Below are positions 25,717 to 38,438 of a stretch of DNA of 64,000 nt, piece after piece; position 1 is the first letter of the stretch, and each line of letters opens with the position of its first letter. The position numbers were made by a program, and so were the translations under genes. The stretch spans positions 84,325,058 to 84,389,057 of the forward strand of contig NC_068985.1 in assembly GCF_001194135.2 (NCBI RefSeq). Direction: 5' to 3'. The DNA is from Octopus bimaculoides (taxonomy: Eukaryota). The notes beneath the pieces were generated by a model. It saw only the letters and a program-made list of their open reading frames with translations. It was not told the origin of the DNA and did not search any database.

Positions 25717-25894
25717 GCACAGGAGTGCCTGTGTGGTAAGCAGCTTGCTTACCAACCACATGGTTTTGGGTTCAGTCCCACTGTGTGGCACCTCGGGCAA
25801 GTGTCTTCTACTATAGCCTAGGGCCAACCAAAGCCTTGTGAGTGGATTTGGTAGATGGAAACTGAAAGAAGCCCGTCGTATATATGTGTGTGTG

Positions 25895-25927
<33 letters not shown>

Positions 25928-26155
25928 GTAAATATATATATATATATATATGTTTATATATATGTATGTGTGTGTATATGTCTGTGTGTCTATGTTTGTC
26001 CCCCCAACATCACTTGGCAACCGATGCTGGTGTGTCTAGCAGTTCAGCAAAAGTGACTGATAGAATAAGTACTAGGCTTACAAAGAATAAGTCCTGGAGT
26101 CAATTTGGTGCCCCAGCATGGCTGCAGTCAAATGACTGAAACAAGTAAAAGAGTA
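25717..26155 (+). mobile_element. SINE family A, full length, best-preserved copy
   Basis: gcacaggagtgcctgtgtggtaag...gggttcagtcccactgtgtggcacc...gaagcccgtcgtatatatg...gactgaaacaagtaaaagag. Confidence 0.92.
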
Positions 26156-28008
26156 TCTCTATCAGATCAAATAATCATATGGAAACCCTCATATTAGCTT
26201 GCAGTAACTGTTCTTGTAATGGTTACTGCTGTTGCTGTTGTTGGTTGCAGTAGTAGTGAAATAGTAATTATTGTTGTGACAGTGTAGTTGTTAACAAATT
26301 TGTCTCATCTCATCATATTCTTTAACAACAAACCATCAAACTTCATCATATCTTTGCCTGTTCAAGATAGAAATATTCTTTATATCTATTCAACAGCCTT
26401 CATTAATAGACCAAAAAACTTGCTTTAACTTTCTTTTCTGTTTTTCTGATACTTTTTTCCTTCTTTCTTTTTCTTCATTTTCCTCTAATCATTTTTCACT
26501 TACAATTATATTTCCTTGAAATTAATTCCTTAAATACTTAAACAATGCTACTACCCATAATAAAATGGCTGATTTAACAAATCATTCACAAAGTTGATAA
26601 CTTTGTAAAACCACCATTTTTCCTTACTTTGCATCTATTTTTTTTTTTCTCATTTTTCTTTTTGCTATTTCCATTTCCAAGATGTCAGATCAACAAAATA
26701 TAAAAGCAAAACCAAGGACAATCATGTTTCTGGTTTCGATTTCTCTTGTAATTCTCCACCTCCTTTAATATATATATTTTTTTTAATTTCTAATTTTTAA
26801 TTCTTCCTAATGTCTTCCCCTCTCACACCAAAATAAGGTGTTGTTTCGGTTATTTTCCTCAAAACTCCTAGACTATCCACCCTTTTTGTCTCTCCATTAA
26901 TACTCAGTTCATTTCTGATAAATTTTTATTTTTCACTTACTAAAGAATTAACACATGTGGTAAAGAAAAAGGAAATGCATAAAAAAAATTTTGTTTCTTG
27001 ATTTTTTTCAACAAAAAATCATTCTTTTATTTTTATTTCAGTTTTAATTATTATTTATTTTTTTTACTTGAATCAATCATCCACATATTTTTCCATTTCA
27101 AAACCAATAAATATTGACAATGTTTCTTTGAAATTACAGATCCTGATATCAGTAACAACTTGTAATTAGCATATTTAATTTTTTTTTTTTCCCTTTTCTT
27201 TTTTTTGCCTCAAAAAAAAAAAAAAATTATCTCCGATTTGCATCATTCAAAACATTTCAGCCATCATTACTATTACAGAAATACACCGGCACTACCAAAG
27301 ATTTCTATCGGTAGCAAGTTATGATTATCACATACAACATATTTATTTATTAGTTTATTCATTTGAGTTGCTTATTATTGTTGTTGTTCTTCTCTTCTCA
27401 TTCTTGTTTATGTGTTCATTTCTTTTTTTGTAAAATCTTTGGCTAGTTCTTCTTTCATTAATATTTTTTTATATATATATTTCTCCAGAATCTTCCACTC
27501 TTCTCCCTTTACCCTACATGTCCTTTCTTTATACACCAGATAATATTCTTTACAATGTCTGCAGTTTCCATATTTCAAAAATTCTTTGGAAACTATTAAT
27601 TTTTTTTCCTCCCATCCCTTCCACAAAATCTTTGAAACCAATGATTATCATCTTATGTGTTCTTTTGTGATTTGATCTTTTATAATGGTACAATCTTGTT
27701 GGCACATATTCATTCAGAGAGAAAGAATTGATCCTTAGGAAAGAGAGACATAGAGAGAGAGAAAGAAAGAGAGAGTATAAGTGTGTATGTGTGGGAGTGT
27801 GAGATATAACTATGGCTCTGAAGTTCGATGACATTGTAAACCATGGTTTGTCAAGCCTTCCTGCAAGGTACTGCTTCCATTGTGCACCTGTATTGATGTA
27901 CGACATGAAAAAATATTGACTTCATAGAAATATGGTAACATTCTTCCATTCAAAAATCTTTCCTCATCAAAAAGAGGCATTTTCATCTCTGAATAAGCAT
28001 GATTTTTA

Positions 28009-28102
<94 letters not shown>

Positions 28103-28281
28103 CATATATATATGTACACATATACGTATGTGTGTGTGTGTGTGGGTATATATACATGCATTTATATATAATACATCTACATATATATATATAAATGTGT
28201 ATATATATATATATATATATNNNNNNNNNNGGGTATATATACATGCATTTATATATAATACATCTACATATATATATATAA

Positions 28282-28324
<43 letters not shown>

Positions 28325-28524
28325 TACATGTATGTGCGTTTATATATATAATAAATATACATGTGAGTGTATACAGATTTTTAAAAAATAATTTTGTGTA
28401 AGCTTTCTTGCTTGCCCAACTTTCTCAATAAATTATACTTTGTATTTCACAGCAAATACACTGAAAAGAATGATGGCAAAACATATAATAGCTAGTATAC
28501 TTCAATTCATCCTTGTCATCACAG

Positions 28525-28561
<37 letters not shown>

Positions 28562-28649
28562 ATTTGTTATCTGCGTTGTGATGTTGTTATATATACATTT
28601 TGTTTATTTATTCTGTTTATTGTTGTTGTTGTCCTTTCCCTCTCCCCAC

Positions 28650-29280
28650 TCTCTCTTCTCCTTTCTTCGAATTTTCCTTTTGTTGGCGTTGTAGTTGTCG
28701 TCAACCGTTTCCTCTTGTCCTTTGTTCTTCATCATCTACGACCTTTTATGGCTGACACAATTGGGCGTAAGAAGCAGGTGGCAGCGATGATGGTTATATG
28801 TTGGTAGTGCTGAGAGAGAGAGAGAGAGAGAGGTGGTAATACAGTGGTGGTGGAAAGAGGAGAGAAGAAAATTCAGGCAATCACGATTGTATCTTCCTGT
28901 TACCTTTCATTTTCTATAACAGAAATTTGTAAAAGCAGTTTAAACGCAAAATTCTTACATCACTTACATCGTTCCCTTCCACACTTGGTCGTCATGACTC
29001 GATTTTTTCTTCTTTTTTTTTTGCTATTTCTTTATTATAATAGCAGCCAACGAGCACCTATATTTTCATCACGCTTTTTGTTTCAAGTAAGGAAATCTAC
29101 TTTGTGGTTCTGAAAGTCAGTACGTCGCACGTCGTAGCACAAGACTGACATTCTTTAACCCCGAAATGTCAACTGCTTTTGTCAGAATCTATATTTCCAG
29201 ATTTCCAATTGTGTACACAATATCAACCTGTGTCTTTTGTATTTTTATTTCTATCGGCGATGTTGATGATAAACTTTTGC
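28650..29280. promoter_or_regulatory. CpG-rich island, candidate promoter
   Basis: About 20 CpGs by eye in unique sequence (e.g. tacgtcgcacgtcgt) against a CpG-poor background. Inr-like TCAGT occurs on both strands near 29117 and 29143-29148. Confidence 0.45.
28968..28995 (-). CDS. Candidate first coding exon portion (MTTKCGRER, phase 1)
   Basis: gagtcATGACGACCAAGTGTGGAAGGGAACGAT|gtaagt; A-rich leader about 150 nt downstream of an Inr-like TCAGTC. Confidence 0.3.
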
Positions 29281-30289
29281 AACAGTATCACATTCAGTCA
29301 AACACTTCTTTTTTATATTTTTTGTCCTGTTTTGGTTTTCTGCTGTTTTTTTTTTTTTCATTTTTTTCATTTCTTTTTTCTGTTTTCTGTTTTCTTGAGC
29401 TTATTNNNNNNNNNNTTTTTTTTTTTTTTTTTGTAAATATCTCTTATAACAAAAGCATTTCTCCATAACTATCGTCATCACACTCCACTAACACTACAGC
29501 TACAAATTGAAAGAAAACCTCTACATGGTTACTGGAATTGTTAGAAATAGTTGACAAATCTCCTTCAAATCAGACCCTAACAATTTGAAAAAAAAAAGAA
29601 CTGATAGATATTGAATTTAATTGTAGTATACAACAACAAATTACTGGTACTAAAAAAAAAACCCTGGTACCCCATTGGTTAAGATGGCAAGTGTTCAGTT
29701 GATTTGAGCACTCCACAGACATGTGTGCCTTTAATGTAGTTCTCATGGAGATTCAGTGTAACACAAAATGTGACAAAGCTGGCCTTTCAATTACAGGTAC
29801 AACTCATTTTTGCCACCTGAGTGAACTGGAGCAGCATGAAATAAAGCGTCTTGCTCAAGGACACAATGCACCTCTGAGAATTGAAATCCTGACCTTATGA
29901 TTGTGAGCTGAATAGCCTTAACCACTAAACCATGTACCTTCACTACTACTACTACTGAGATCAAGATGGATTGGTCATGATTACTGCCATGTTCTTAATC
30001 ATGGGTTTGCTCAAACAGGGCTAACATGTTTTTTGCATAAAGATTCCTTGTAACAGATGTATCTCATCAATGCTATTCACCATCATCATTGTCCGTCGTC
30101 CATAATTAACGTCCATTTTCCATGCTAGAAGACACTTGCCCAAGATGTCACACAGTGGTGCTGAACCTGAAAACATGTGGTTGCAAAGCAAGTTTTTCCC
30201 ATTCCTTGCACAAGATCTTTCAAAGCAATGATAATCGTCTTATGAGCCTTTTTATAATTTTCCAGCACCAATATAGATTTTATTATTAG

Positions 30290-30637
30290 AATGTCAAAAG
30301 CTGACCAAATTGTTAGCACACTGGGACAAAATGCTTAGCAGCATTTTGTCTGTCTTTACATTCTGAGTTCAAATTTCACCAAGGTTGACTTTACCCTTCA
30401 TCTTTGGGGCCAATAAAATAAATACCAGTGAAACACTAACTCTTCCCCAAAATTGCTGGCCTTGTGCCAAAAATTTCAAACCCTTATTATTAATTTCTTC
30501 CAGCTGAATCATTAGCATGCTGGGTGAAGGGTTTAGCAGCATTTCGTCTGTCTTTGCATTCTGTGTTCAAATTCTGTCAAGGTTGACTTTGCCTTTCGTC
30601 CTTTCAGGGTCAGTAAAATACATACCAGTTGAGCACC
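30290..30637 (+). mobile_element. Two tandem SINE family B copies (second runs into gap)
   Basis: Repeated ttagca...aaatgcttagca...ttctg(a/t)gttcaaatt...aaggttgacttt. Confidence 0.8.
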
Positions 30638-31663
30638 NNNNNNNNNNNNNNNNNNNNNNNNNNNNNNNNNNNNNNNNNNNNNNNNNNNNNNNNNNNNNNN
30701 NNNNNNNNNNNNNNNNNNNNNNNNNNNNNNNNNNNNNNNNNNNNNNNNNNNNNNNNNNNNNNNNNNNNNNNNNNNNNNNNNNNNNNNNNNNNNNNNNNNN
30801 NNNNNNNNNNNNNNNNNNNNNNNNNNNNNNNNNNNNNNNNNNNNNNNNNNNNNNNNNNNNNNNNNNNNNNNNNNNNNNNNNNNNNNNNNNNNNNNNNNNN
30901 NNNNNNNNNNNNNNNNNNNNNNNNNNNNNNNNNNNNNNNNNNNNNNNNNNNNNNNNNNNNNNNNNNNNNNNNNNNNNNNNNNNNNNNNNNNNNNNNNNNN
31001 NNNNNNNNNNNNNNNNNNNNNNNNNNNNNNNNNNNNNNNNNNNNNNNNNNNNNNNNNNNNNNNNNNNNNNNNNNNNNNNNNNNNNNNNNNNNNNNNNNNN
31101 NNNNNNNNNNNNNNNNNNNNNNNNNNNNNNNNNNNNNNNNNNNNNNNNNNNNNNNNNNNNNNNNNNNNNNNNNNNNNNNNNNNNNNNNNNNNNNNNNNNN
31201 NNNNNNNNNNNNNNNNNNNNNNNNNNNNNNNNNNNNNNNNNNNNNNNNNNNNNNNNNNNNNNNNNNNNNNNNNNNNNNNNNNNNNNNNNNNNNNNNNNNN
31301 NNNNNNNNNNNNNNNNNNNNNNNNNNNNNNNNNNNNNNNNNNNNNNNNNNNNNNNNNNNNNNNNNNNNNNNNNNNNNNNNNNNNNNNNNNNNNNNNNNNN
31401 NNNNNNNNNNNNNNNNNNNNNNNNNNNNNNNNNNNNNNNNNNNNNNNNNNNNNNNNNNNNNNNNNNNNNNNNNNNNNNNNNNNNNNNNNNNNNNNNNNNN
31501 NNNNNNNNNNNNNNNNNNNNNNNNNNNNTGACAAAAATGTGGGTAGATATATATCACAGAGAAGATTATCTTAATAGTAATCTTTTCGTTTGGATTAATT
31601 GCTTATCTTGGAGCTGTCTTGCTTTGATTTCCCCTTAAATAAAATATAGAAAAAATATAATGT

Positions 31664-31724
<61 letters not shown>

Positions 31725-32499
31725 CATATGCTTACATACATCCATACTACTACATCCATACATACATACATATACTTAAATACATCAAACATATACATAC
31801 ATGTGCATATGCATACATCCATTCATAGGCATAGGACTGTTCTTATTTACATTGTTTGTTTATAGGGGTGTGTGGTGGGTGAGGGTAAGAGTAGCTGTGT
31901 CAGAATGTATGTCTATGCATATATTTGTGTATGTGTTCATGTATACATGCATGTGTGTGCATGTGTCTGTATTTGTATGTGTGTATGTTTCAACATGTAC
32001 TTATGGATGTATATACACGTGTGTGTGTGTTTGTGTGTGTCTGGCTGGATGTATGTGTATGTTCATACATCAAATTTTTAATTTTTGTTATTATTATTGT
32101 TATTGAGGAAGATGGATTGGCAAAAATCATTAGATCATTGGGAAAAAAAAATGTGCTTTGCAGTATTTGTTCAAACTCTTTACATTCTGAGTTCAAACTT
32201 TGTTGAGGTCAACTTTTCTTTTCACCCCTCTGGGATGAATGCAGTAATAGTCAAGTTTTGCTCTTGTCTAATCAACTATCTCTTTCCCTAAAATTTCTGG
32301 CTTCACACCTCTATTAGAGACAATTATCATTGGGTTATTTGCCACCTTAAATGATTATTCCAGAGCATATTCACCATCTACTTCAATTACTGCTTCCCAT
32401 TTGCTTGGCAGACGGTCAAACCATCATTTAAAGACGTTTTTGTTAAATATTGTTATTGTTTTTGTTGAATAAAATTTGTTGAAAAAAAGCTGCAATAAT

Positions 32500-32830
32500 T
32501 ATGCACCAACCCAATACCTCTGCCATAGTGAAGGCAGAGGTATTGTTTTCAGTTGCATTTGTTTGTTTGTTTGTTGGTTTGTCCATGGACAAGGTATCGC
32601 AAGAACTGCTAGATGGATTCAGATGAAACTTTCAGGGATGTTTGACATTATGACTGGCATGAACTGATTAGATTTGGGGATCTGTTATTACTATTCCTCA
32701 ATATTTCAACATTTGATAGTTTCAGATTGATTTCTACTTCATCACTTGCTTACACCTCCATATTGTTGAGGTGTGTGCAACATTGTGTATTCTTTTTTGT
32801 TGTTGGGGGAGTGCAAACTCTTTCCAGTAT
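32500..32830 (+). mobile_element. Helentron/HINE-like non-autonomous element
   Basis: Perfect 12-bp palindrome aatacctctgcc-atagtgaa-ggcagaggtatt (32513-32544), (TTTG)n, a core gatggattcagatgaaacttt, and a second small hairpin cacctc/gaggtg. Confidence 0.55.
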
Positions 32831-33410
32831 TGTATTGCTTTCATTTATTTTGTTATGGGGTTTTATTGCAGTTTTTTGCTATGTTAGTGTTTCTATTGTG
32901 TGTTATGTGTGTAATGCAAGTTGTGTTCTGTTGGGTATCCAGCCTGTAGAATATATATTGTGAGGGTTGTTTATTTTATTGGATATTTACTGTTTACAGT
33001 GTTTCTTGCGTATTTGGATTACTTTATTTGGGTTTGTACTATTGAATTGATAGTGTCTTACATAGGATGTGGGCTGTTTCTAGCAGGGTTAATTTCTGGA
33101 TAGTGTGTAGTGTTAAGGAACAAGCTTTGTTGGAACTACTGAAATCTTGCATGAATAGTGGGTTTGCTACCTGTAGCCTATGGTACCATGCTATTTGTTC
33201 TCTTCAAGTATCTAGTACTTTCATGATAATTCTGACCATGGCAAGGAGGAGACAAATTTTTTGCCACAGTTCTACTGACACTCTATTCCCATTTACTTTG
33301 TTTCTCTCAATATCTTTTGATACTGTCCCCAAGGTCCCAACAATAATCAGAACTATTTTCACCTTTTCCTACTTTAACAGTCAGGTTATCTCATATTCAA
33401 GTACACATCT
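32830..33410 (-). mobile_element. Two tandem 3' ends of RLE-type (R4/NeSL-like) non-LTR retrotransposons
   Basis: KVKIVLIIVGTLGTVSKDIE...ELWQKICLLLAMVRIIMKVLDT* (stop at 33204-33206), then IQKLTLLETAHILCKTLSIQ* plus UTR. Both resemble the IGALG...LQK..LLGTARILRKVL terminus. Confidence 0.7.
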
Positions 33411-33534
33411 ACTATTTCACTTTCTGTTTTAATTATCTGTGAGTCAAATGGACATGCAACATCAGGTATAGAGAACATGTGGTTTACTTTATTCACTATT
33501 GCTAAGTCTGGTAATTAATTATTCTAATTATTAT

Positions 33535-34340
33535 TAGCACTCTAGGTGAAATGCTTGGCAGCATTTTGTCCAAGGTAGACTTTGCTTTGCATCCTTTCGA
33601 GCCCAATAAAATAAGATGCAATCAACTTACTCCATCCCACAAAATTTCAGGCCTTATGCCTGTAAGAGAAAAGACTATTATTATCATCATTATTAGCATG
33701 CTGGGCGAAATGCTTAGTGGCATTTCATCCATCTTCACATTCTGAGTTCAAATTCTGCCAAGATCAACTTCGTTTTCCATCCTTTCAAGGTCTATAAAAT
33801 AAGTATTAGTTGAATACTAAGGTCAATGTAATCAGCTTATCCTGAAATTGTTGGCCTTGTACCAAAATTTGATACCATTATTATTGTTGTTTGTAGTAAT
33901 TTATTCAGTATGTGGTTAGTATGTACATTGGCAGAATCATTTGAAACTTTGGACAAAATGACTTGCAGTGTATCTTCTGATTCATTATATTCCTAGTTCA
34001 AATTCTGCCATTCAGCCCTCTAAAGTCAATCAAGTAAGTACCAAGTAATTATCAGTTACTATGGTTGATTTAATTGACTCACATATCCACCCAATATTTC
34101 AGGCCTTGTGGCTATTTTGGAAATAATTATTTAGCAAGTGATTGACAGGAGCAGTAGGAAGATGAGGTGAACAAAATACTTGATAGTATTTAGGTATGTC
34201 CATTGTTTGCATTCTGATTTTAAATCAGTGAGTCAGTAAAATTATCCTACCAATGAAATTTTGGGTTCGATTTAATCAACCATCCATATCTCCATGAAAA
34301 ATATGATGATGTGGATTTGGGGCTTATAATATCAGAAATC
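33535..34340 (+). mobile_element. Head-to-tail array of about 4 SINE family B copies
   Basis: Units begin near 33535, 33695, 33925 and 34130, separated by (ATT)-rich tails. Confidence 0.75.
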
Positions 34341-35244
34341 ATTATTCTTTAGTACGAAATGGGAGAATGGCAATGTAAGTTTTACAGGTTGTCCTGGGTT
34401 GGAGAAATTAATTCAGTTAATATTCAGTTTGTAGACCTGGAAATCATGGCATAAAAGAAAACAAAATAGCCCTTGAATATATTTTGAATAGTAGACTTAA
34501 TCTGTGGCCTGGTTAAACACCACTACTGCCTGGTCTTTGAGAGCTTTGAGCAGAGTCAACTCTGTTATAAGCAATTTGGTCAGGTCTCCAGTTTAAGGAT
34601 GATTTCCTCCCTGTAAAGGGTCATGGGCACTGCTTTTTCTCCTGTCTACATGAAAAAAATAAGACCTCTAATTAGTTTCTCCACCTGCTGAAAATAGAAG
34701 CTAAATTGCCCTCAAATCAAATGCTACTGGCCTTAAAATAATAAAAAGATACACATTGAATAATGTAACACTTGGTATATGTATCTGGAAAACACTTGGT
34801 GTTTTAGTGGTGATGGTGGTGGTGATTATCATTATAGTAAGTGTAGAAAGAGACAAGGAGAGGACACATCAGTAGAAAAGAGAATGTAGCAATCTGTCCC
34901 TCTTTGTAACCTCATCAATGACAGCCTCTCAAATCCAGATCTACTTTACATCTACCTGGCAAACTTGTAGTAATGAAAGGACAATAACAAAGCTAGCTGA
35001 TTGATTAACCAAATAACAAATCAACAGTTGATTAGTCAACTGATTAAATGGTTAACTAGTTGGCTAATGATAATCAGTGAAGTGAAATATAATCAGTGAA
35101 GTGAAATATAATCAGTGCATGTGTTTGTTATTGGCATAATAACTCTCCTGTGATACAACAAAATTTGTTTCAACACATGGGCTGACATCAAGAACTTTGC
35201 AAACCAAATTCAAAAATTGAAATATATGTGTGTGTGCCTGTGTA

Positions 35245-35299
<55 letters not shown>

Positions 35300-36109
35300 T
35301 TTATACACACATATCTATTGTACATTTAGAGAGAAAAAATATCAATATTCCTATTGAAGTAAAGAATGAAAATAAGAAAAAAAAAATGCCATGATTTTCT
35401 CAAGAGAAATAGTCTGGATGCATTTTGGTATTGACAAAAAAGAAAAAAAAGATAGAAAACTGGCACATAGACACAGCTTCATCAATAAATACAAATACAA
35501 AACATAAATAATACCATTATCACCACCACCATCACCACTACCAGTGAAGGAGAACTTATGCAGTTTTTTGATCTCCGAGAAATAACTGTTAAGTTACTAT
35601 CAAATCTCAATCTACTGTTTTAAAAACAAGGTTATGTTTCAACCTAACACTAATACTTGAACAGATTTTATATAAAGGATGTATTCGTCTAGACACAACG
35701 ACAGCCTAACAATATGTAAATACTGGGATGAAACTAGTATTGTATTTTATAACTGGTACTTTTGTTTTATAGTTATCAGTTTTCAGTGAGGTTTAAAGTC
35801 AGTCGAGTGTAAATTCAACTTACAACTATGGTTTCCCATTTCATGTCTATATGGTTAACAAGTTTGCTCCACAACCATGTGATTTGGGGCTTAGTCATAA
35901 TTAGCAGCACCTTGGGTAAATGTAAATCACTACAGCTTGGAGCCAACCAATGACCTCTGAGTGAATTTGCTTGACAGAAACTGTATAGAAACCAGTCACT
36001 TTAGCCTAACATTCTTTATCACATCATCAAGATAAATTAACAGATTTAACAAACTATATTTTTCATTGACATTTACCATTTAGCACTGTTTGTTACAAAA
36101 ACATGATAA

Positions 36110-36385
36110 AATAACGCCTTGCTCAATGAATTAAGTTGTTCCTGGAAATCACTCATATAGTGAAAATTCGTAAAGCAAAATGATAATCTCCCATAGTAAC
36201 AATGGAATTTTATGCTGTCATTTTACTCCATCACTGTGTAGATGCATTACAACCAATGTTGCCACATGTTGTACCATTGTCACACACACAAAATGGCTAT
36301 TTAACCTTTCTATATTTATCATAAAATAAAACTCATAAACCAGGTCCTTGTAAGGTGGGTCATTGTAAAGTGAGGTATTACTGTA
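36110..36385. mobile_element. pogo/Tigger-like MITE remnant
   Basis: Right end tgaggtattactg followed by TA; the left terminus is degenerate. Confidence 0.4.
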
Positions 36386-36394
36386 TATGCTTTA

Positions 36395-36940
36395 CAGGTG
36401 TGGCTGTCTGGTTAAGAAGTTTGTTTCTCAACCATTCAGTTTTGGATTCAGTTCTACTGTGTGGTACAATGGTCAAGTATTTTCTACTATAACTGAAGGC
36501 CAACCAATGCTTTGTGAATGGATTTCATAACGAATACAATGAAAAATCCCATTCCCAACATGTGCATGTGTGTGTGTCTCCATGTCTTGACATCATGCAT
36601 TAATTATAAATGAGTATCACTGTCATACAAATATTGGAAACAGATGGTGGTAGTTCAGAGATGTGGCACCAAGCCATACAAAGTTTGCCTCAATAAATTC
36701 CATCTGACCCATACAAACATGGAACAGTGGAAATTAAAATGATTGTGGCAATGGTGATGATATATGTGAAACAGTGTTTGTTTGTACACATCCCCATAAC
36801 ATAGCAGTTTTTGAAAAAAAAGTGGTTTACAGAATAAATATCAGGCTTAAAAATAAGTATTGGGATCAATTTGTCTCAGTAAAACCTTCTAGGCAGTGCC
36901 TCAGCATGGCCACAGTCTAATGACTGAAACAAGTAAAAGA
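36395..36940 (+). mobile_element. SINE family A, diverged or composite
   Basis: aggtgtggctgtctggttaagaag head; tail cagcatggccacagtctaatgactgaaacaagtaaaagataag. Confidence 0.75.
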
Positions 36941-37063
36941 TAAGACATAACTGTGTGCATATATANNNNNNNNNNNNNNNNNNNNNNNNNNNNNNNNNNN
37001 NNNNNNNNNNNNNNNNNNNNNNNNNNNNNNNNNNNNNNNNNNNNNNNNNNNNNNNNNNNNNNA

Positions 37064-38285
37064 TTAGACTGAGTGAAAAGTAAGCAATGTTTTGAAATAT
37101 GAAATCCATCACAATATATTTCAACAGTGCAGAAATTTTATTCATCAAAGTAAGTACCATTAAAGTCAACACTTTAATGGTACTTCCAGTAACATAAAAA
37201 TCTGGAGTTTTGGAGCTGATGAACTCTTTCAACGCACTTTCAGCATCAATTTGATTTTTGAACTCCTCTCGCAGGAAACCATCAAGGTGCTTGAAAAACT
37301 GGTAATCGATAATAGAAAGGCCTGGGGAATAAACTGGATGGGGAAGAACTTCGTGGCCAAGTTCCCTCAACTTCTGGAGCATCATTAGTGAAACATGTAG
37401 TAGAGCATTGTCATGAAGAATGATTGGCCCTCTTCTATTGACCAGTCTGGGACGATGGAGTAGCAGTTTTTTACTCATTTTGGCAATTTCATGGCAATAT
37501 TTTCTTGCAGTAATTGCTTTTCCAGATTTGAAGATGTTACAATGGATGAATCCAGCAGTACACCACAAAACTGTCACCATAATCTCCTTTTTCAAGAGCT
37601 CAGGTTTTGGGAAGGTTCCCAGTGCTTCATTTTGGCCCACCTGCTGTGAAGAGTGTTTTCTATTATTTTCATTGCAAGTGACAGTGTGGTCAAGAAATGG
37701 ATTGGTCTGGTTATGGAGAAGCGACAAGCAAATTTCACATCTGCCCATTTTCTGATTTTCATTGAAATCATGTGGTACCCATTTTTCAAGCTTTCGTGAT
37801 TTCCCATTAGCCTGAAAATGGTTGTAGGCAGTTTTGTGGATAACTTGAAGTTCTTTTGCCTGTTGTCAAGTGGTTTTACATGGATCTTTCTCAATGATGG
37901 TCTTTAATTGACTGTCATCAATTACAGATGGGCATCCACTATGCTCACGATCTTCAAAGTTCAGGTCTCCACTGCGAAATCATTTAAACCTTTTTTGGAC
38001 TGACCACTCACTGGTCATTTCCTCACCAAACATTTCATTTCAGCTGCTTTATGTTCTTTTTTGAAGTTGAATAGCAAAATTGCTCAAATATTGTTTTTTA
38101 ACAGTTCCATTTCAGATGGTTGTAACAACAATGAAAAATATTAATTTATTGATGCATTTGAGCAAGTCTATGTCTGTATTATAAGATAATTGCAAAAGAG
38201 TGTTTAAAAAAAACTCAAAACTCTGCAAAAATCCAATACAAATTCTTCAGGGTTGAAAACGTTGCTTACTTTTTACTCAACCTGA
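37064..38285 (-). mobile_element. Full-length inactive mariner (DD34D) DNA transposon, about 1.22 kb
   Basis: TIRs ttagactgagtgaaaagtaagcaatgtttt (37064) and the reverse complement of tcaggttgagtaaaaagtaagcaacgtttt (ends 38285). TA follows the right TIR; the left flank is visible only as an A after the gap. Confidence 0.92.
37138..38110 (-). pseudogene. Mariner transposase pseudogene
   Basis: MELLKNNI*AILLFNFKK...FRSGDLNFEDREHSG...KWVPHD...LHDNA...HPVYSPGLSIIDY. In-frame stops, first catalytic D read as N (TCNE), and a C-terminal frameshift. Confidence 0.92.
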
Positions 38286-38349
38286 TATATATATATGTAT
38301 GAATAATAACAATAAATGGAGCAAAAGGCATATAAATAAAGTTCCTTTA

Positions 38350-38438
38350 ATTCCTACATATGTTTCAAAATATATGTGCATTCTACTCCAAAGAAGTAAG
38401 AGGTGCTGGAATTGCACATATATTCATCGTCAGGGAAC
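38350..38438 (-). ncRNA. Type I hammerhead ribozyme (Penelope-associated)
   Basis: Minus strand reads gttcc-CTGACGA-tgaatatatgtgca...tgcacatatatttt-GAAA-CATATG-TA-ggaat. It has an intact core, a 12-bp Watson-Crick stem II, a palindromic mini stem III, a GUA triplet, and stem I TTCC/GGAA. Confidence 0.8.

Noticed and set aside
28147-28300. Duplication across a 10-N gap (similar case at 61660-61722)
   Set aside because: Overlap artefact around placeholder gaps.
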